DNA of 56,170 nucleotides from an uncultured Candidatus Saccharibacteria bacterium (GTDB lineage Bacteria; Patescibacteriota; Saccharimonadia; Saccharimonadales; UBA10212). Where the stretch lies: the NCBI GenBank assembly GCA_964460855.1, contig CAYWQH010000003.1, forward strand, positions 69,410 to 125,579. Direction: 5' to 3'. The position numbers and the translations under genes were made by a program. Shown here one piece after another: positions 1 through 9,403 of this stretch. Under the pieces are notes generated by a model, which did no database searches, had not been told where the DNA came from, and saw nothing but the letters and a program-made list of their open reading frames with translations. Positions within the stretch are counted from its first letter, which is position 1. Each line of letters opens with the position of its first letter.

Positions 1-64
1 CCCAACCCGCCACGGCGTAACAAACGGCCACCCCCAGCGCGAAACTCTCTCCCGTGCTTTTAGT

Positions 65-91
65 GGGGGGGGGGCGGGGGGGGGTCTGGGG
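65..91. repeat. Homopolymeric G tract G10-C-G9-TCT-G4
   Basis: Read directly: tagt-GGGGGGGGGG-C-GGGGGGGGG-tct-GGGG-acccc. It lies in a G+C-rich, ORF-free first ~105 nt, about 90 nt upstream of the GTG start at 181. Confidence 0.9.
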
Positions 92-180
92 ACCCCGCCG
101 CGCTCACCTTAAAGGCTGAATGTTTAGATTTTGATTTATTAGCTATTGGGAGTACTGTTAATTTATTAAGAGGTTATAAA

Positions 181-1119
181 GTGGCGCCGCGCGACCCGTG
201 GTATAAACGATACGGCTTGATAATACTGGGCACGTTGCTGGTTTTTAGCCTTGGAGCTTTAGTAAACACCGAGAACCAAGCCGATTCAGCCAGCTACCAG
301 CTTGTAGCCCAACCGGTAAACGAACCGACCGATTCAGCCGCCCAGGACCAGTTAAACAGCGAAACCGTAAACCAGGATCGCCTGCATAAAATTGCCGAAT
401 CGCGCCAGAACCAGACGGTTGATACTACCCAGCTGGAAAGCCAAATAAACACCATAATCAACAGCAACCCCGATATTATTTTCGGCATATCAATAAAAGA
501 TTTAAACACCGGCACTACCTATAACTACGGTGATGAGCAGGCCATGACGGCCGCCAGCGTGGCCAAATTAATTACGGCTACCTATTACCTGCATGAGGTA
601 GAGGCCGGCAATAAAAAACTGGAAACAATGATGGCTAACGGCTACTCCGCCCAGGAATGCATCGAACAGATGATTGTGGTGAGTGATAATAATTGCTGGC
701 ACGATTTAAATGATTATCTGGGTTACCAAAACATGCAAAACTACGCCCACAGCATCGGGCTTACAAGCTATTATTACCCGGATAACCTTGTTAGCGCGCC
801 GGACATTACCAAGCTCGACGCCGATTTATACGACCGAAAGCTTGTTAACGAAGCGCATAGCGAATTGTTACTGTCGTATATGGAGCGGGCCAATTACCGC
901 GACTTGGTTATACCGGCCGTTCCAGAAACTGACACCGTATACCATAAAGCCGGGGAATACGCCGGGCACCTGCACGACGCAACGATCATAACGAATGGCA
1001 ATAAAACTATAGTGCTAACTATTTTTACCCAAAGTACTTATAGCTATAGCAAAAGCCGGGTGGCCTCGCTAATGCAGCAGATTACCATTCCGGCATTGGA
1101 AACTTTCGGCTTAAATTAA
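181..1119 (+). CDS. Class A beta-lactamase-like serine hydrolase with N-terminal membrane anchor
   Basis: 312-aa ORF with a GTG start. S-x-x-K (AASVAKL), SDN (VVSDNN) and KTG-like (HKAGEY) motifs occur in class-A order. The N-terminus is hydrophobic (LIILGTLLVFSLGALV). Confidence 0.7.
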   Translation: MAPRDPWYKRYGLIILGTLLVFSLGALVNTENQADSASYQLVAQPVNEPTDSAAQDQLNSETVNQDRLHKIAESRQNQTVDTTQLESQINTIINSNPDIIFGISIKDLNTGTTYNYGDEQAMTAASVAKLITATYYLHEVEAGNKKLETMMANGYSAQECIEQMIVVSDNNCWHDLNDYLGYQNMQNYAHSIGLTSYYYPDNLVSAPDITKLDADLYDRKLVNEAHSELLLSYMERANYRDLVIPAVPETDTVYHKAGEYAGHLHDATIITNGNKTIVLTIFTQSTYSYSKSRVASLMQQITIPALETFGLN

Positions 1120-1138
1120 GGGCTCAAATCGCTTATAC

Positions 1139-2281
1139 TTGAGTATAATGCAGCCCGAAAATCCCGCACCCCCGCCGGAAATTAACGTTCCGCCGACTAG
1201 CCCAAATCCTTCGCCATACCGCCACGCCAGTAAAAGGACGATTATTGACTGGGTTATAGCATTAGTGGTTATCTGCGTATTCGCGGTAATTAGTTTGGTT
1301 TGGAGTTTAGGCAGGCAAAAAGACAATAACCATTCTTCGGCGGCGATAGGTAATTCGGGCAGCCAGTCCCAGGCTTCGACAACTACCAAGGTTACAGGTT
1401 TACAGCTGGACCCTAAGAAAAGTTACGGCAACAAATACGCTAATGGCGTTTTGCCGGTTGGCGATAAAAAATACCAAAGCTCCGGCCCCAAGCAAGGATA
1501 TATTTACACCTGTTCGCAATATGCGCACAATTTATCAGCCGACCAGGGCGGCGCCGGTACGCGCGGTCCGTGGTTCAGCAGCGACGGCACCACTTATAAC
1601 GTTAATAAAAAACTGCACGTCAGCGGAAGCGTGAGCCGGCAGCCGGCTTTTACTAACACCTTGGAGAGCGGCAGCAGGATAATTTTTACAAACAGCTTGC
1701 CTAACCATGTTACCGGCGTGTTCCCGATAGCCGCCAGCGATCCGGCCTATGCTTACGACCGCAACCCGAATTCGGTTAAAGCCCAAAGCATGTTGTATAA
1801 ATTGCCCGATAACCCAACTTACGATGTCCCAAGCTGCATGGGCGGCCAGGCCGGAATAATGCTTAGCGGCGTAGCACTATTTAACGGTTTTGATGCCGGC
1901 GGCCGCGACGCCGGTGCCTGGGAAATACAAGACAGCTGCGGCGGGCACCCCGAAAAAACCGGGCTTTACCATTACCATACCTTCAGCAGCTGCCTGCAAA
2001 ATGTCAGCGTTACCCAAATTGTCGGCTACGCTTTAGACGGCTTTCCAATTACCGGCCCGCAAGTTGGCTCAACTAATTATCTGACCACTGCAGACTTAGA
2101 CGAATGCCATGGCCTCACCAGCCAGATAGTCAAAGACGGCAAACTGGTAACTTCTTACCACTATGTAATGACTCAGGATTTTCCGTACTCGGTAAGTTGT
2201 TTCCGCGGCAAGGCTATCCAGCCGCCCCAACTTCAAAGCAGTAGCCAGCAAAAGTTAGCTCCGCCGCTGCCAGGGCGCTAA
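1139..2281 (+). CDS. YHYH-domain protein, membrane-anchored/secreted
   Basis: 380-aa ORF (TTG at 1139; ATG at 1148 is also possible). It has a Pro-rich N-terminus, one TM helix (VIALVVICVFAVISLVW) and the diagnostic GLYHYHT motif. Confidence 0.65.
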   Translation: MSIMQPENPAPPPEINVPPTSPNPSPYRHASKRTIIDWVIALVVICVFAVISLVWSLGRQKDNNHSSAAIGNSGSQSQASTTTKVTGLQLDPKKSYGNKYANGVLPVGDKKYQSSGPKQGYIYTCSQYAHNLSADQGGAGTRGPWFSSDGTTYNVNKKLHVSGSVSRQPAFTNTLESGSRIIFTNSLPNHVTGVFPIAASDPAYAYDRNPNSVKAQSMLYKLPDNPTYDVPSCMGGQAGIMLSGVALFNGFDAGGRDAGAWEIQDSCGGHPEKTGLYHYHTFSSCLQNVSVTQIVGYALDGFPITGPQVGSTNYLTTADLDECHGLTSQIVKDGKLVTSYHYVMTQDFPYSVSCFRGKAIQPPQLQSSSQQKLAPPLPGR

Positions 2282-4264
2282 TTACCCGGATACGCCAGCC
2301 AGCCAGTTTTTAAACAGTTTATGGACGTTCTGGGCGCCGACAATCGGTTTGTCAGGGAATTTAAATTCTTTCGGATAAAGAATAAAGGGGTAGTTCTGGG
2401 TGCCGCCGAGCCCGCCATGGCTGCCAACCAGCTCTTCGAAAGCAGCCACTTCATTGATATGCGGCCAGTATGTACTGTTAATCATAATATCGGCGCAATG
2501 CTTAAACTTAGAAGTCCGGGCCAGATGTAAAACGGCATTTGGAGTATAGGGGGCCAGCGGATTTTTACCGGTTATTTTGCCGGTTTTTAAAATAATATGC
2601 CCATGCTTGCCCAGCACTACCGGCCCGTGGCGTTGGCTGTTGATTAGCAGGAAGCCGATGGCCGGGTCGGCGGCCAGGGCTTTGATTAGTTTAGGGTATT
2701 TTTTGTTTATTTCTTCGAGGCTGGCCCGGCCTTCGATTTCGGTAAAGTATATCAGCCCTAAACAACCCGAGGCCATCACTTTTATCGGCGCGTCGCCAGC
2801 TTCGGTAGTTGATTGCCGGCTCAGGCGTTTAATGCCGCGCGCAACAGATCCCAAAAAACCATAGCTTTGGCTGATTTCCTGGACCGACGCGTCTAAAACA
2901 ACTTTGCCTTCGTCGCCCAGGCCGCCGTAATTTTCTAGGTCAGCATCCGTAAAATCGCTGACTTTTTGTTCTAGGGACTGGCCGCTGCGTTGCAAGTAGG
3001 TGGCGCCCTGGGTTTGGCCGTGGTCCGATAAAACTACAATATAGTAAGGGCGCGGCGCGTATTTTCGGGCTTGGTCTAGCCGTCGGAATTCGCGGTCGAT
3101 ACGCCGCAGAACAGCTAACGAGTCGGTACGCTCAATACCGGAGTGATGGGCGACTTCGTCGTAGCCCAAAAAAGTAGTATAAGCAACTTGGCGGCCGGCT
3201 AGCATATCGCCAATTAGCGCCTGAACTTGCAGGTCGCGCTGGATTACCGTAGTCCAGGCCCGTAAAAAACCATAAGTAAACCCGCGGTGAACGCGTGGCA
3301 GAACGTCGTGCCTTTTTTGTATCCAGGCTTGCCAATATTCTATCGCGAGCTCTTGGATAAAGAGGGCGATGGTGCGCAGTAAGTTATAAGGGTTAGAAAA
3401 GTAGGCGTAATAATCTTCGCCCAGGCGCCGCTGGCGGTCAGTTAAAAGTTTGCTCATTGTCAGTAAGCTATAAGGCGCGTCGCCGGAAAGTAAATTAGCC
3501 CGGCTGGCGCCTCCATCCGCTAACAATCCCTGTCCGTCGCTATGGCGGCGTTCAATTTCGGCGGCGTCTTTATAATGGTTGGATACCATGGCACGGTTTT
3601 TCTCTTTTTCCCACCATCTAAAAGCCGGCATGTCATCATTATTGCCGTGCAAAATGCCAGCTTGCATGGCGCCGGTTTGCGACGACCAGTCAGTTTCCCA
3701 GCTGGCGAGTTTATAACCGCGGTCTTTTATCCAACTGGCCATGGTTGGGGCATCGCCGTTTTTAAGCGCATTTTTGAGTACATCACGGGCCAGGCCGTCT
3801 ATTTCTAAGAACAATACTCCCGGCACTTCCGAAGTTTGCTGCTGGCCGTGGCGCTTCATATAGCGGTTAACTACCGCCAGATGAAAGTAATTATCGTCGT
3901 TTACCGCTAAAAAACCATAAATTATGTTATTTAATATGCCTACGCCAAAGGCTACCCAAATGGCCGTAGCAAAGTCGTTGATATGAATTGACTGGGTAGA
4001 TACATGGCTGGCGGCTAGCACTACTACACCATTTAGCAAGATCACGCCAAAGCCCAGGGTTAAGATCGTTAAAGGCAGGGCAATATTAATTAAAGCTGGC
4101 CAGATAAAAACATTTAACAGGCCTAAAACGGCCGACATGGCCAGGATCGAGCGCCAATTATCTATTTGGAAGCCTTGAAATAAAGCGCTAAGAAATGCCA
4201 GCGATAAACTGCTTACCAGCCATATCACCACCACCCGCAGCAGCGTCCTGCGCCATCCAAGCAT
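2282..4264 (-). CDS. Membrane protein: 4-TM holin-superfamily-IV-like N-domain fused to an alkaline-phosphatase-superfamily (type I phosphodiesterase/nucleotide pyrophosphatase-like) domain
   Basis: 660-aa ORF. The N-terminal ~130 aa are hydrophobic with the pattern AVLGLLNVFIWP...LPLTILTLGFGVILLNG. The C-domain has the metal-site motifs GYDEVAHHSG and VVLSDHGQ. Confidence 0.7.
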   Translation of the reverse strand: MLGWRRTLLRVVVIWLVSSLSLAFLSALFQGFQIDNWRSILAMSAVLGLLNVFIWPALINIALPLTILTLGFGVILLNGVVVLAASHVSTQSIHINDFATAIWVAFGVGILNNIIYGFLAVNDDNYFHLAVVNRYMKRHGQQQTSEVPGVLFLEIDGLARDVLKNALKNGDAPTMASWIKDRGYKLASWETDWSSQTGAMQAGILHGNNDDMPAFRWWEKEKNRAMVSNHYKDAAEIERRHSDGQGLLADGGASRANLLSGDAPYSLLTMSKLLTDRQRRLGEDYYAYFSNPYNLLRTIALFIQELAIEYWQAWIQKRHDVLPRVHRGFTYGFLRAWTTVIQRDLQVQALIGDMLAGRQVAYTTFLGYDEVAHHSGIERTDSLAVLRRIDREFRRLDQARKYAPRPYYIVVLSDHGQTQGATYLQRSGQSLEQKVSDFTDADLENYGGLGDEGKVVLDASVQEISQSYGFLGSVARGIKRLSRQSTTEAGDAPIKVMASGCLGLIYFTEIEGRASLEEINKKYPKLIKALAADPAIGFLLINSQRHGPVVLGKHGHIILKTGKITGKNPLAPYTPNAVLHLARTSKFKHCADIMINSTYWPHINEVAAFEELVGSHGGLGGTQNYPFILYPKEFKFPDKPIVGAQNVHKLFKNWLAGVSG

Positions 4265-4343
4265 ATAGCTATTTTAACAGCCGCTTACTGATTAGCCTTA
4301 AAGCAATTATGCGCTTTGGAACGGTAACGTTTATCATTAATGT

Positions 4344-4616
4344 ATGTTGAGAGTCCGGACGGGCATAATATTAATACTGGTTTCATGGCTGCCGATTGCC
4401 CAAATATTAATTTTTGCCGCCCACAGCAATAACCAGCTGCAGAGCGAAGCGGCCGCCCAGAAGTTGCGGCTACTGGTATGGGCTATCCAAATAGTAATTG
4501 GTCTGGTTGGCGTATGGCTGGTGGGCAAGCCGGCCCTCGCCATAGCCAAACAAAGCGGCTGGCGAGCAACACCGAATAAAATCTGGCATCTATTCTGGGC
4601 AAATAGCGATAATTAA
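4344..4616 (+). CDS. Small hypothetical membrane protein (2 predicted TM helices)
   Basis: 90-aa ORF with two hydrophobic stretches (IILILVSWLPIAQILIFAA; LLVWAIQIVIGLVGVWLV). It looks more protein-like than the overlapping minus-strand ORF 4337..4549. I recognise no homology. Confidence 0.35.
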   Translation: MLRVRTGIILILVSWLPIAQILIFAAHSNNQLQSEAAAQKLRLLVWAIQIVIGLVGVWLVGKPALAIAKQSGWRATPNKIWHLFWANSDN

Positions 4617-4660
4617 CTGGCATTTGATATAGCCGTTTTTACACCATGTTATTTTCACAA

Positions 4661-4689
4661 TTGCAAGGCCGCCGGCTAGCTAATATAAT
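4661..4689 (+). promoter_or_regulatory. Sigma70-like promoter TTGCAA-17 nt-TATAAT
   Basis: TTGCAA at 4661-4666, an exact 17-nt spacer, and TATAAT at 4684-4689, in an intergenic region. Confidence 0.5.
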
Positions 4690-4695
4690 TGGTTT

Positions 4696-4798
4696 ATAAC
4701 GTTAAGTTCGCGGGCCGACTGCCACCTCTTGTATACCGCGACGAGGAGGACACATGCATAAATAGTTTTTTACCAACCGCCGCGCAGGTTGGTTTTTT
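4696..4798 (+). ncRNA. Candidate ~100-nt structured leader or small RNA (class not recognised)
   Basis: It is bounded by the promoter above and an intrinsic terminator. It contains a 6-bp stem TCGCGG(4708-4713)/CCGCGA(4736-4741) and a CCTC(4725-4728) that can pair with GAGGAGGA(4743-4750). A mini-ORF ATG-CAT-AAA-TAG lies at 4754-4765. Confidence 0.3.
4772..4798 (+). terminator. Rho-independent terminator
   Basis: ACCAACC(4772-4778), an 8-nt loop, then GGTTGGT(4787-4793), followed by TTTTTGTT. Confidence 0.65.
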
Positions 4799-4828
4799 GT
4801 TATTAATAACTAATGAAGGAGAACTATT

Positions 4829-5176
4829 ATGCCCGCAGCAACTGTAACCCGAACATTCCCGTGGGGCGGAGAATTATACGTAGAAATTCCTCTGCATAAA
4901 AAATCCGCCAATAAATTTTATGCCCGGCATGGCAGCACCAGCGAAGGCCGGCAATACATTGAATTTTCCAAGTTCGGCCCCCGGCCAAACACCGAAGGCG
5001 AAACTTACATCCAAAAATTGCGGCTGTTTACTCCGCTGCAATGGGCCCAAATAAAATATTACGTAGAGGGCCAGTTGGCTAAATCTATTGGCTGGGACGT
5101 AGCCGCAGCTGAAAAAGACTTTGCCTCAGAACTGCTAGACACCGCCAAGGCGGCCAAGGTTAAAGCCGCAGTCTAG
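4829..5176 (+). CDS. Hypothetical protein
   Basis: 115-aa ORF. GAAGGAG lies 7 nt upstream of the ATG. No family recognised. Confidence 0.55.
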   Translation: MPAATVTRTFPWGGELYVEIPLHKKSANKFYARHGSTSEGRQYIEFSKFGPRPNTEGETYIQKLRLFTPLQWAQIKYYVEGQLAKSIGWDVAAAEKDFASELLDTAKAAKVKAAV

Positions 5177-5589
5177 TTTTTGCCGGCGATATTAAACATC
5201 CAATCGATGCCGTACTTATCTGTAAGCTGGCCGAAAATATCACCCCAAAACTGTTTTTTAAGGGGGAATTTTACCTGGCCGCCTTCAGATAAGGCATCGA
5301 ACATTTTGCGCATGCCTTCTTCGTCATCGCCGCCCACCGAAAGTTCAATTTTAGCCGCTTTGGCGCTGGCTTTGGGGCTGTCGCTGCCCATAAACTTTAC
5401 GGCGCCGCCGTCTAAAGAGGCGTGCATAACTTTGCCTTTCATAGATTCCGGGTCGGGCATTTCTACCGGCGCGTCATCGGCCATTTGGTATGCAACTTCG
5501 CCGCCAAAAACCGATTTGTAAAATTCCATGGCTTCTTTGCAATTTCCCTGGAAAAAAATGTAAGGTTCTAAATTACATTTCGTGCTCAT
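5173..5589 (-). CDS. VOC-superfamily protein, PhnB-like
   Basis: 138-aa ORF. The N-terminus LEPYIFFQGNCKEAMEFYKSVFGG and the C-terminal FWGDIFGQLTDKYGIDWM are typical of the PhnB/3-demethylubiquinone methyltransferase-like VOC family. Confidence 0.75.
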   Translation of the reverse strand: MSTKCNLEPYIFFQGNCKEAMEFYKSVFGGEVAYQMADDAPVEMPDPESMKGKVMHASLDGGAVKFMGSDSPKASAKAAKIELSVGGDDEEGMRKMFDALSEGGQVKFPLKKQFWGDIFGQLTDKYGIDWMFNIAGKN

Positions 5590-5707
5590 ATTAACTCCTT
5601 ATTTTAGCCGCTATTAATTGTCTCATACCGGGCAAATTAATATATGTAAAAAAATGTGCAGCGAATTGCTTTTATAAGGCTAGGCACTTTCATATACTGG
5701 AATTAAG

Positions 5708-7693
5708 ATGCTCGATACTTACACCTCCGAGAAAATCACCAAATCCAATTTTGGGCAAATTGTTGATTACGTCCCGGGGGTAGTTACCGTATTTAGTATT
5801 GAAAGCGGCGAGTATTTGTATGTCAATAAATCGCTAAAAAAAATACTCGGATATACAGCCGATGAGTTTATGAAAGGCGGCATTAAATTTGCTGCGGCAT
5901 TTGTGCATCCCGATGATATGGATGAGCTTCAAAATAAAAACTCCAAAGCAATTATGGCGGCCAATAAACGGCCCCGCAGCAAAGACGACGAGCCGTTAGT
6001 TACTTTTGAATATCGAATCCGTCACAAAAAAGGCCACTGGGTGTGGTTGCAAACCGACGGCATGGTTTATAAGCGCAATGAGCTTGGTAACGTTAGTCAG
6101 ATCGTAAACATTTCGATAGACATTACAGAACGCAAACTTGCCGAAAGCAAGTTAAACGATTTGAGTAAAAATTTGGAAGCGCGAGTGCAAGACCGTTCCG
6201 ACCGGCTGGACCAAGCTTTAAACGCCTCGCAAATGGGCATGTGGGAGTGGTACGTAGATAGCGGTGAACTAGTATGGTCAGACCAGTTAAAGCAAATATT
6301 CGGCTTAAGCCCAAAAGCCGAAATAACTTATGAAAAATATATAGGCTTGTTGCACCCGGATGACCGCAAAAATAGTCAGACGGTAATCGAAGACGCGATG
6401 AAAACCGGAAAAGCCTACCGCTTTGAGCACCGGGCTATCTGGCCGGATGGCAGCGTCCATTGGCTGCTGGGCCAAGGCCAGGCCATATACGAGAAAGGCA
6501 AGCCGGTAAAGATGGTAGGCACCACCATGAATATCGACCAGCGCAAAGAATTTGAAATGCAGCTGGCCGAAAGTGAAAAGCGGTTTAGGCATTTAGCCGA
6601 CCGCACACCGGTATTGATTTGGATGTCGGATTCCAATATGGGCTGGAACTATGTAAATAAGTACTGGATAAATTTTACCGGCCGGCCGCTTACTAAAGAA
6701 ATGGGCAAAGGCTGGACAGCCGGAATCCACACCGAAGACCGCCATAATGTAGTACGCCAAATGAACGCTGCGTTGAAAGACCGGCGCGGTTTTAGCGTGG
6801 AATTCCGGATGCGCCGCCGTGACGGCCACTACCGCTGGATGTTCGCTAATGGCGTCCCCCGGTTTTCTATCGACCACGAATTTCTAGGTTATATCGGCTC
6901 CTGCCTGGACATCGAAAATGTTAAGCGGGCCATCGAAAGCCGCCAGGAGCTGGAAGCTAAAACCGAAGCTCTGACAGCCGAGCGCAAGCAATTAATGGTA
7001 ATAAACAGCAAAAAAGACGAGTTTATATCCTTGGCCTCCCACCAGCTGCGCACCCCGGCTACCGGCGTAAAACAATTTTTGGGAATGATGCTGGAAGGTT
7101 ACGTAGGTGAATTCCCAAAAGAGCAGCGCGACATGATCAAAATGGCTTACGATAGCAACGAACGCCAGATACAAGTAATAGACGACCTGTTAAAAGTAGC
7201 CAAGGTAGACGATAACCGGCTGAGAATCAACCGTAAAGAATATTCGCTTAATAAGTTAATAAAAACTATTATCCGCGAGTTAGAATCCAGTTTTATAGAG
7301 CGGCAACAGCAAATAATATTTAAAGAACCGCCGCGCGACGTTAAAGCGCCATTAGACAAGCATTACATGCGGATGGTGCTGGAGAATATCATAGAAAACG
7401 CCGGCAAATACAGCCCCGAAGGTAAAGTAATTAACATAGAAATTAAGAAAACCGGCAACCGGGCGGTTATCGGTATAACCGACCACGGCGTTGGTATTGC
7501 CAACAAAGACCATAAAAAGCTTTTCCAAAAATTTTCGCGTATCAATAACCCGTTATCGGCTAAAGTCGGCGGCACCGGATTGGGCCTTTATTGGGCCAAG
7601 AAAGTAATCGACCTGCACGGCGGCACCATAAAAGTTAGGTCTAAAATTCACCAGGGCACCACTTTCCAGGTTATATTGCCGCTAGATGTTTAG
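5708..7693 (+). CDS. Soluble multi-PAS sensor histidine kinase
   Basis: 661-aa ORF with no TM segment and three PAS-like repeats (..WVWLQTDG.., ..VHWLLGQG.., ..YRWMFANG..). It has the H-box SHQLRTPATGV, N-box ENIIENAGKYSP, G1 DHGVGI and G2 GGTGLGLY. Confidence 0.85.
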   Translation: MLDTYTSEKITKSNFGQIVDYVPGVVTVFSIESGEYLYVNKSLKKILGYTADEFMKGGIKFAAAFVHPDDMDELQNKNSKAIMAANKRPRSKDDEPLVTFEYRIRHKKGHWVWLQTDGMVYKRNELGNVSQIVNISIDITERKLAESKLNDLSKNLEARVQDRSDRLDQALNASQMGMWEWYVDSGELVWSDQLKQIFGLSPKAEITYEKYIGLLHPDDRKNSQTVIEDAMKTGKAYRFEHRAIWPDGSVHWLLGQGQAIYEKGKPVKMVGTTMNIDQRKEFEMQLAESEKRFRHLADRTPVLIWMSDSNMGWNYVNKYWINFTGRPLTKEMGKGWTAGIHTEDRHNVVRQMNAALKDRRGFSVEFRMRRRDGHYRWMFANGVPRFSIDHEFLGYIGSCLDIENVKRAIESRQELEAKTEALTAERKQLMVINSKKDEFISLASHQLRTPATGVKQFLGMMLEGYVGEFPKEQRDMIKMAYDSNERQIQVIDDLLKVAKVDDNRLRINRKEYSLNKLIKTIIRELESSFIERQQQIIFKEPPRDVKAPLDKHYMRMVLENIIENAGKYSPEGKVINIEIKKTGNRAVIGITDHGVGIANKDHKKLFQKFSRINNPLSAKVGGTGLGLYWAKKVIDLHGGTIKVRSKIHQGTTFQVILPLDV

Positions 7694-8250
7694 TCGGCCC
7701 CGGTGGCGTCACTTACCGTGTGGCGCAGCGCCAGCGGCGCGACAATCGCAAAACGCCGGCCGGCTACATAACGCTTATAACCGGGCTCATTAGCCAAAAC
7801 TTTTTCAGCAATCGTTGCCTGGACGCCAGGAATAGATAACGGCCCGATAAAATCGACTCTTTGCAGCCGGCCAGGGGAGCGCCAGTACCACAGTGCCATT
7901 AGGCTATGGTTTAGCCAGCCGCTAATCCTGTTAACGCGCAGCCCAAAACGGACTAGGGCAGGTATGGTGACCCACAGCAATATCAAGAACACGGCTGCCC
8001 AGGCACCGTAAGATAAGACCGTGCGCCACTGCCCGGTGCCTTGCAGGCCAGCCCAAGTAGTTATGTAGGATATGCCAACCAGCGCCGTTAAACCAATCAT
8101 CAAGGCGTAAAGAAAGTGGCGCAAAACAAACTTGGCCGAATAAGCTTGCTTGCCAAGCAGCAGCCTCGATAAGTAAGCAAAGGGCATGAAGATCGCCAGT
8201 ACCAGGTAAAAAATAATCGATATTCCGGTGCCGCTGTAGCCGTTTGTCAT
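7690..8250 (-). CDS. Hypothetical integral membrane protein
   Basis: 186-aa ORF with about 4 hydrophobic helices, immediately downstream of the GT2 gene on the same strand (3-nt gap). Confidence 0.5.
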   Translation of the reverse strand: MTNGYSGTGISIIFYLVLAIFMPFAYLSRLLLGKQAYSAKFVLRHFLYALMIGLTALVGISYITTWAGLQGTGQWRTVLSYGAWAAVFLILLWVTIPALVRFGLRVNRISGWLNHSLMALWYWRSPGRLQRVDFIGPLSIPGVQATIAEKVLANEPGYKRYVAGRRFAIVAPLALRHTVSDATGAD

Positions 8251-8253
8251 TGG

Positions 8254-9321
8254 TTAGTGTCCTTTCTCGTATGTCATTAAATGCCGGCGCATAATTACCT
8301 CGAACCATACCGATTTTAAGAATATAAAACCATTAACGATGCGCAGGATAAACAGCGACGGAAAGCTGGCCAGGGCCCGGCGCAGTTCACGGCGGCGGTA
8401 AGCAACAATTAATGCCGGTATCATAATTACCGGCGCGTCAATAACATAACCAATCAAGAACCACGGTGATACTAAAAGCGAAAGTAAGGGCAAAACGATT
8501 AAATATATAGTAGAGCTCAGTACGGCATCCGACAAAGATACGGCCATGGCGCTAAACAAAAAAGGAATTTTTATGACTTTGCGCCAGTGCAAGTTAACGT
8601 TTTGCAAAAAGGCCGCCGACCAGCGTTTTAGCTGTTTATGCATCAGGCCGAAAGTGTCGGGCTCTATCGGGAAACAAACCGCGGAAGGAATAAACCGCAC
8701 TTTGTAGCCGAGTTCGTACAAAGTCCAGGTCAGGTCCATGTCTTCAGCCATCGTGCGGCTCGACCAGCCGCCGGCCAGTCGTAAATTGTTTGTGCGGTAC
8801 ATCGACAGGCAGCCGCTGCTAATTAACGGCCGGCCAAAGTAGTCTTGGATCTGCTTGTAAAAGCTAAACGAAAACAAATATTCTATATAACGGCCGCGCT
8901 CCCATATGGTCCGGACGCGGCGGGGCAGTACGAACCCGCAGGCAGCCGCCGTTAAGGGGTCGATAAAAGCCGCAAACAGGTGTTCGATTGCGTCAGGCGC
9001 CAAGATGGTATCGGCATCCAGCACCATCACATATTTACTCTTAACATATTGCAAACCGGTATTTTGGGCGCCTGCTTTGGTGCCGGTATTTTGCAACGGC
9101 CGTACTACTTCGGCGCCTAAATATTCGGCGATTTCACCGGTTCGGTCTTCGGAACAATCATCAACTACAATAACCCGCTTAGGCAAAAGCGTTTGGGCCT
9201 TAACAGACTCAACCGTATCGCTGATGCAGTCTTCTTCGTTATAGGCCGGTATTATGACAGTTAAATCAACCGTGTCCGCCGCTTCCATGATCGACAAAAA
9301 AGTCTCCCCATCGCTTAACAA
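8254..9321 (-). CDS. Processive family-2 glycosyltransferase (PNAG/cellulose/chitin-synthase-like) with C-terminal TM helices
   Basis: 355-aa ORF (TTG start; ATG at the MEAAD codon is also possible). Motifs: VIIPAYNEE, VVDDCSED, VLDADT and Q-x-x-RW (KQLKRW). Confidence 0.8.
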   Translation of the reverse strand: MLSDGETFLSIMEAADTVDLTVIIPAYNEEDCISDTVESVKAQTLLPKRVIVVDDCSEDRTGEIAEYLGAEVVRPLQNTGTKAGAQNTGLQYVKSKYVMVLDADTILAPDAIEHLFAAFIDPLTAAACGFVLPRRVRTIWERGRYIEYLFSFSFYKQIQDYFGRPLISSGCLSMYRTNNLRLAGGWSSRTMAEDMDLTWTLYELGYKVRFIPSAVCFPIEPDTFGLMHKQLKRWSAAFLQNVNLHWRKVIKIPFLFSAMAVSLSDAVLSSTIYLIVLPLLSLLVSPWFLIGYVIDAPVIMIPALIVAYRRRELRRALASFPSLFILRIVNGFIFLKSVWFEVIMRRHLMTYEKGH

Positions 9322-9403
9322 AACAGCATATATATTGCTTCAAGCTACCATTTGGTGTCTGTCAAATAAGTTATAGTTTTTATACTTATTTGGTCGGAAG
9401 CAA

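Noticed and set aside
1-64. G+C-rich leading segment, considered as the end of a structured RNA (RNase P, tmRNA or 5S)
   Set aside because: I could not match any conserved motif of these RNAs on either strand, so it is left unassigned.
4337-4549. 70-aa minus-strand ORF overlapping 4344..4616
   Set aside because: It is less protein-like (Trp/Ala/Ser/Ile-rich with no clear helices) than the plus-strand two-TM ORF. Neither is strongly supported.
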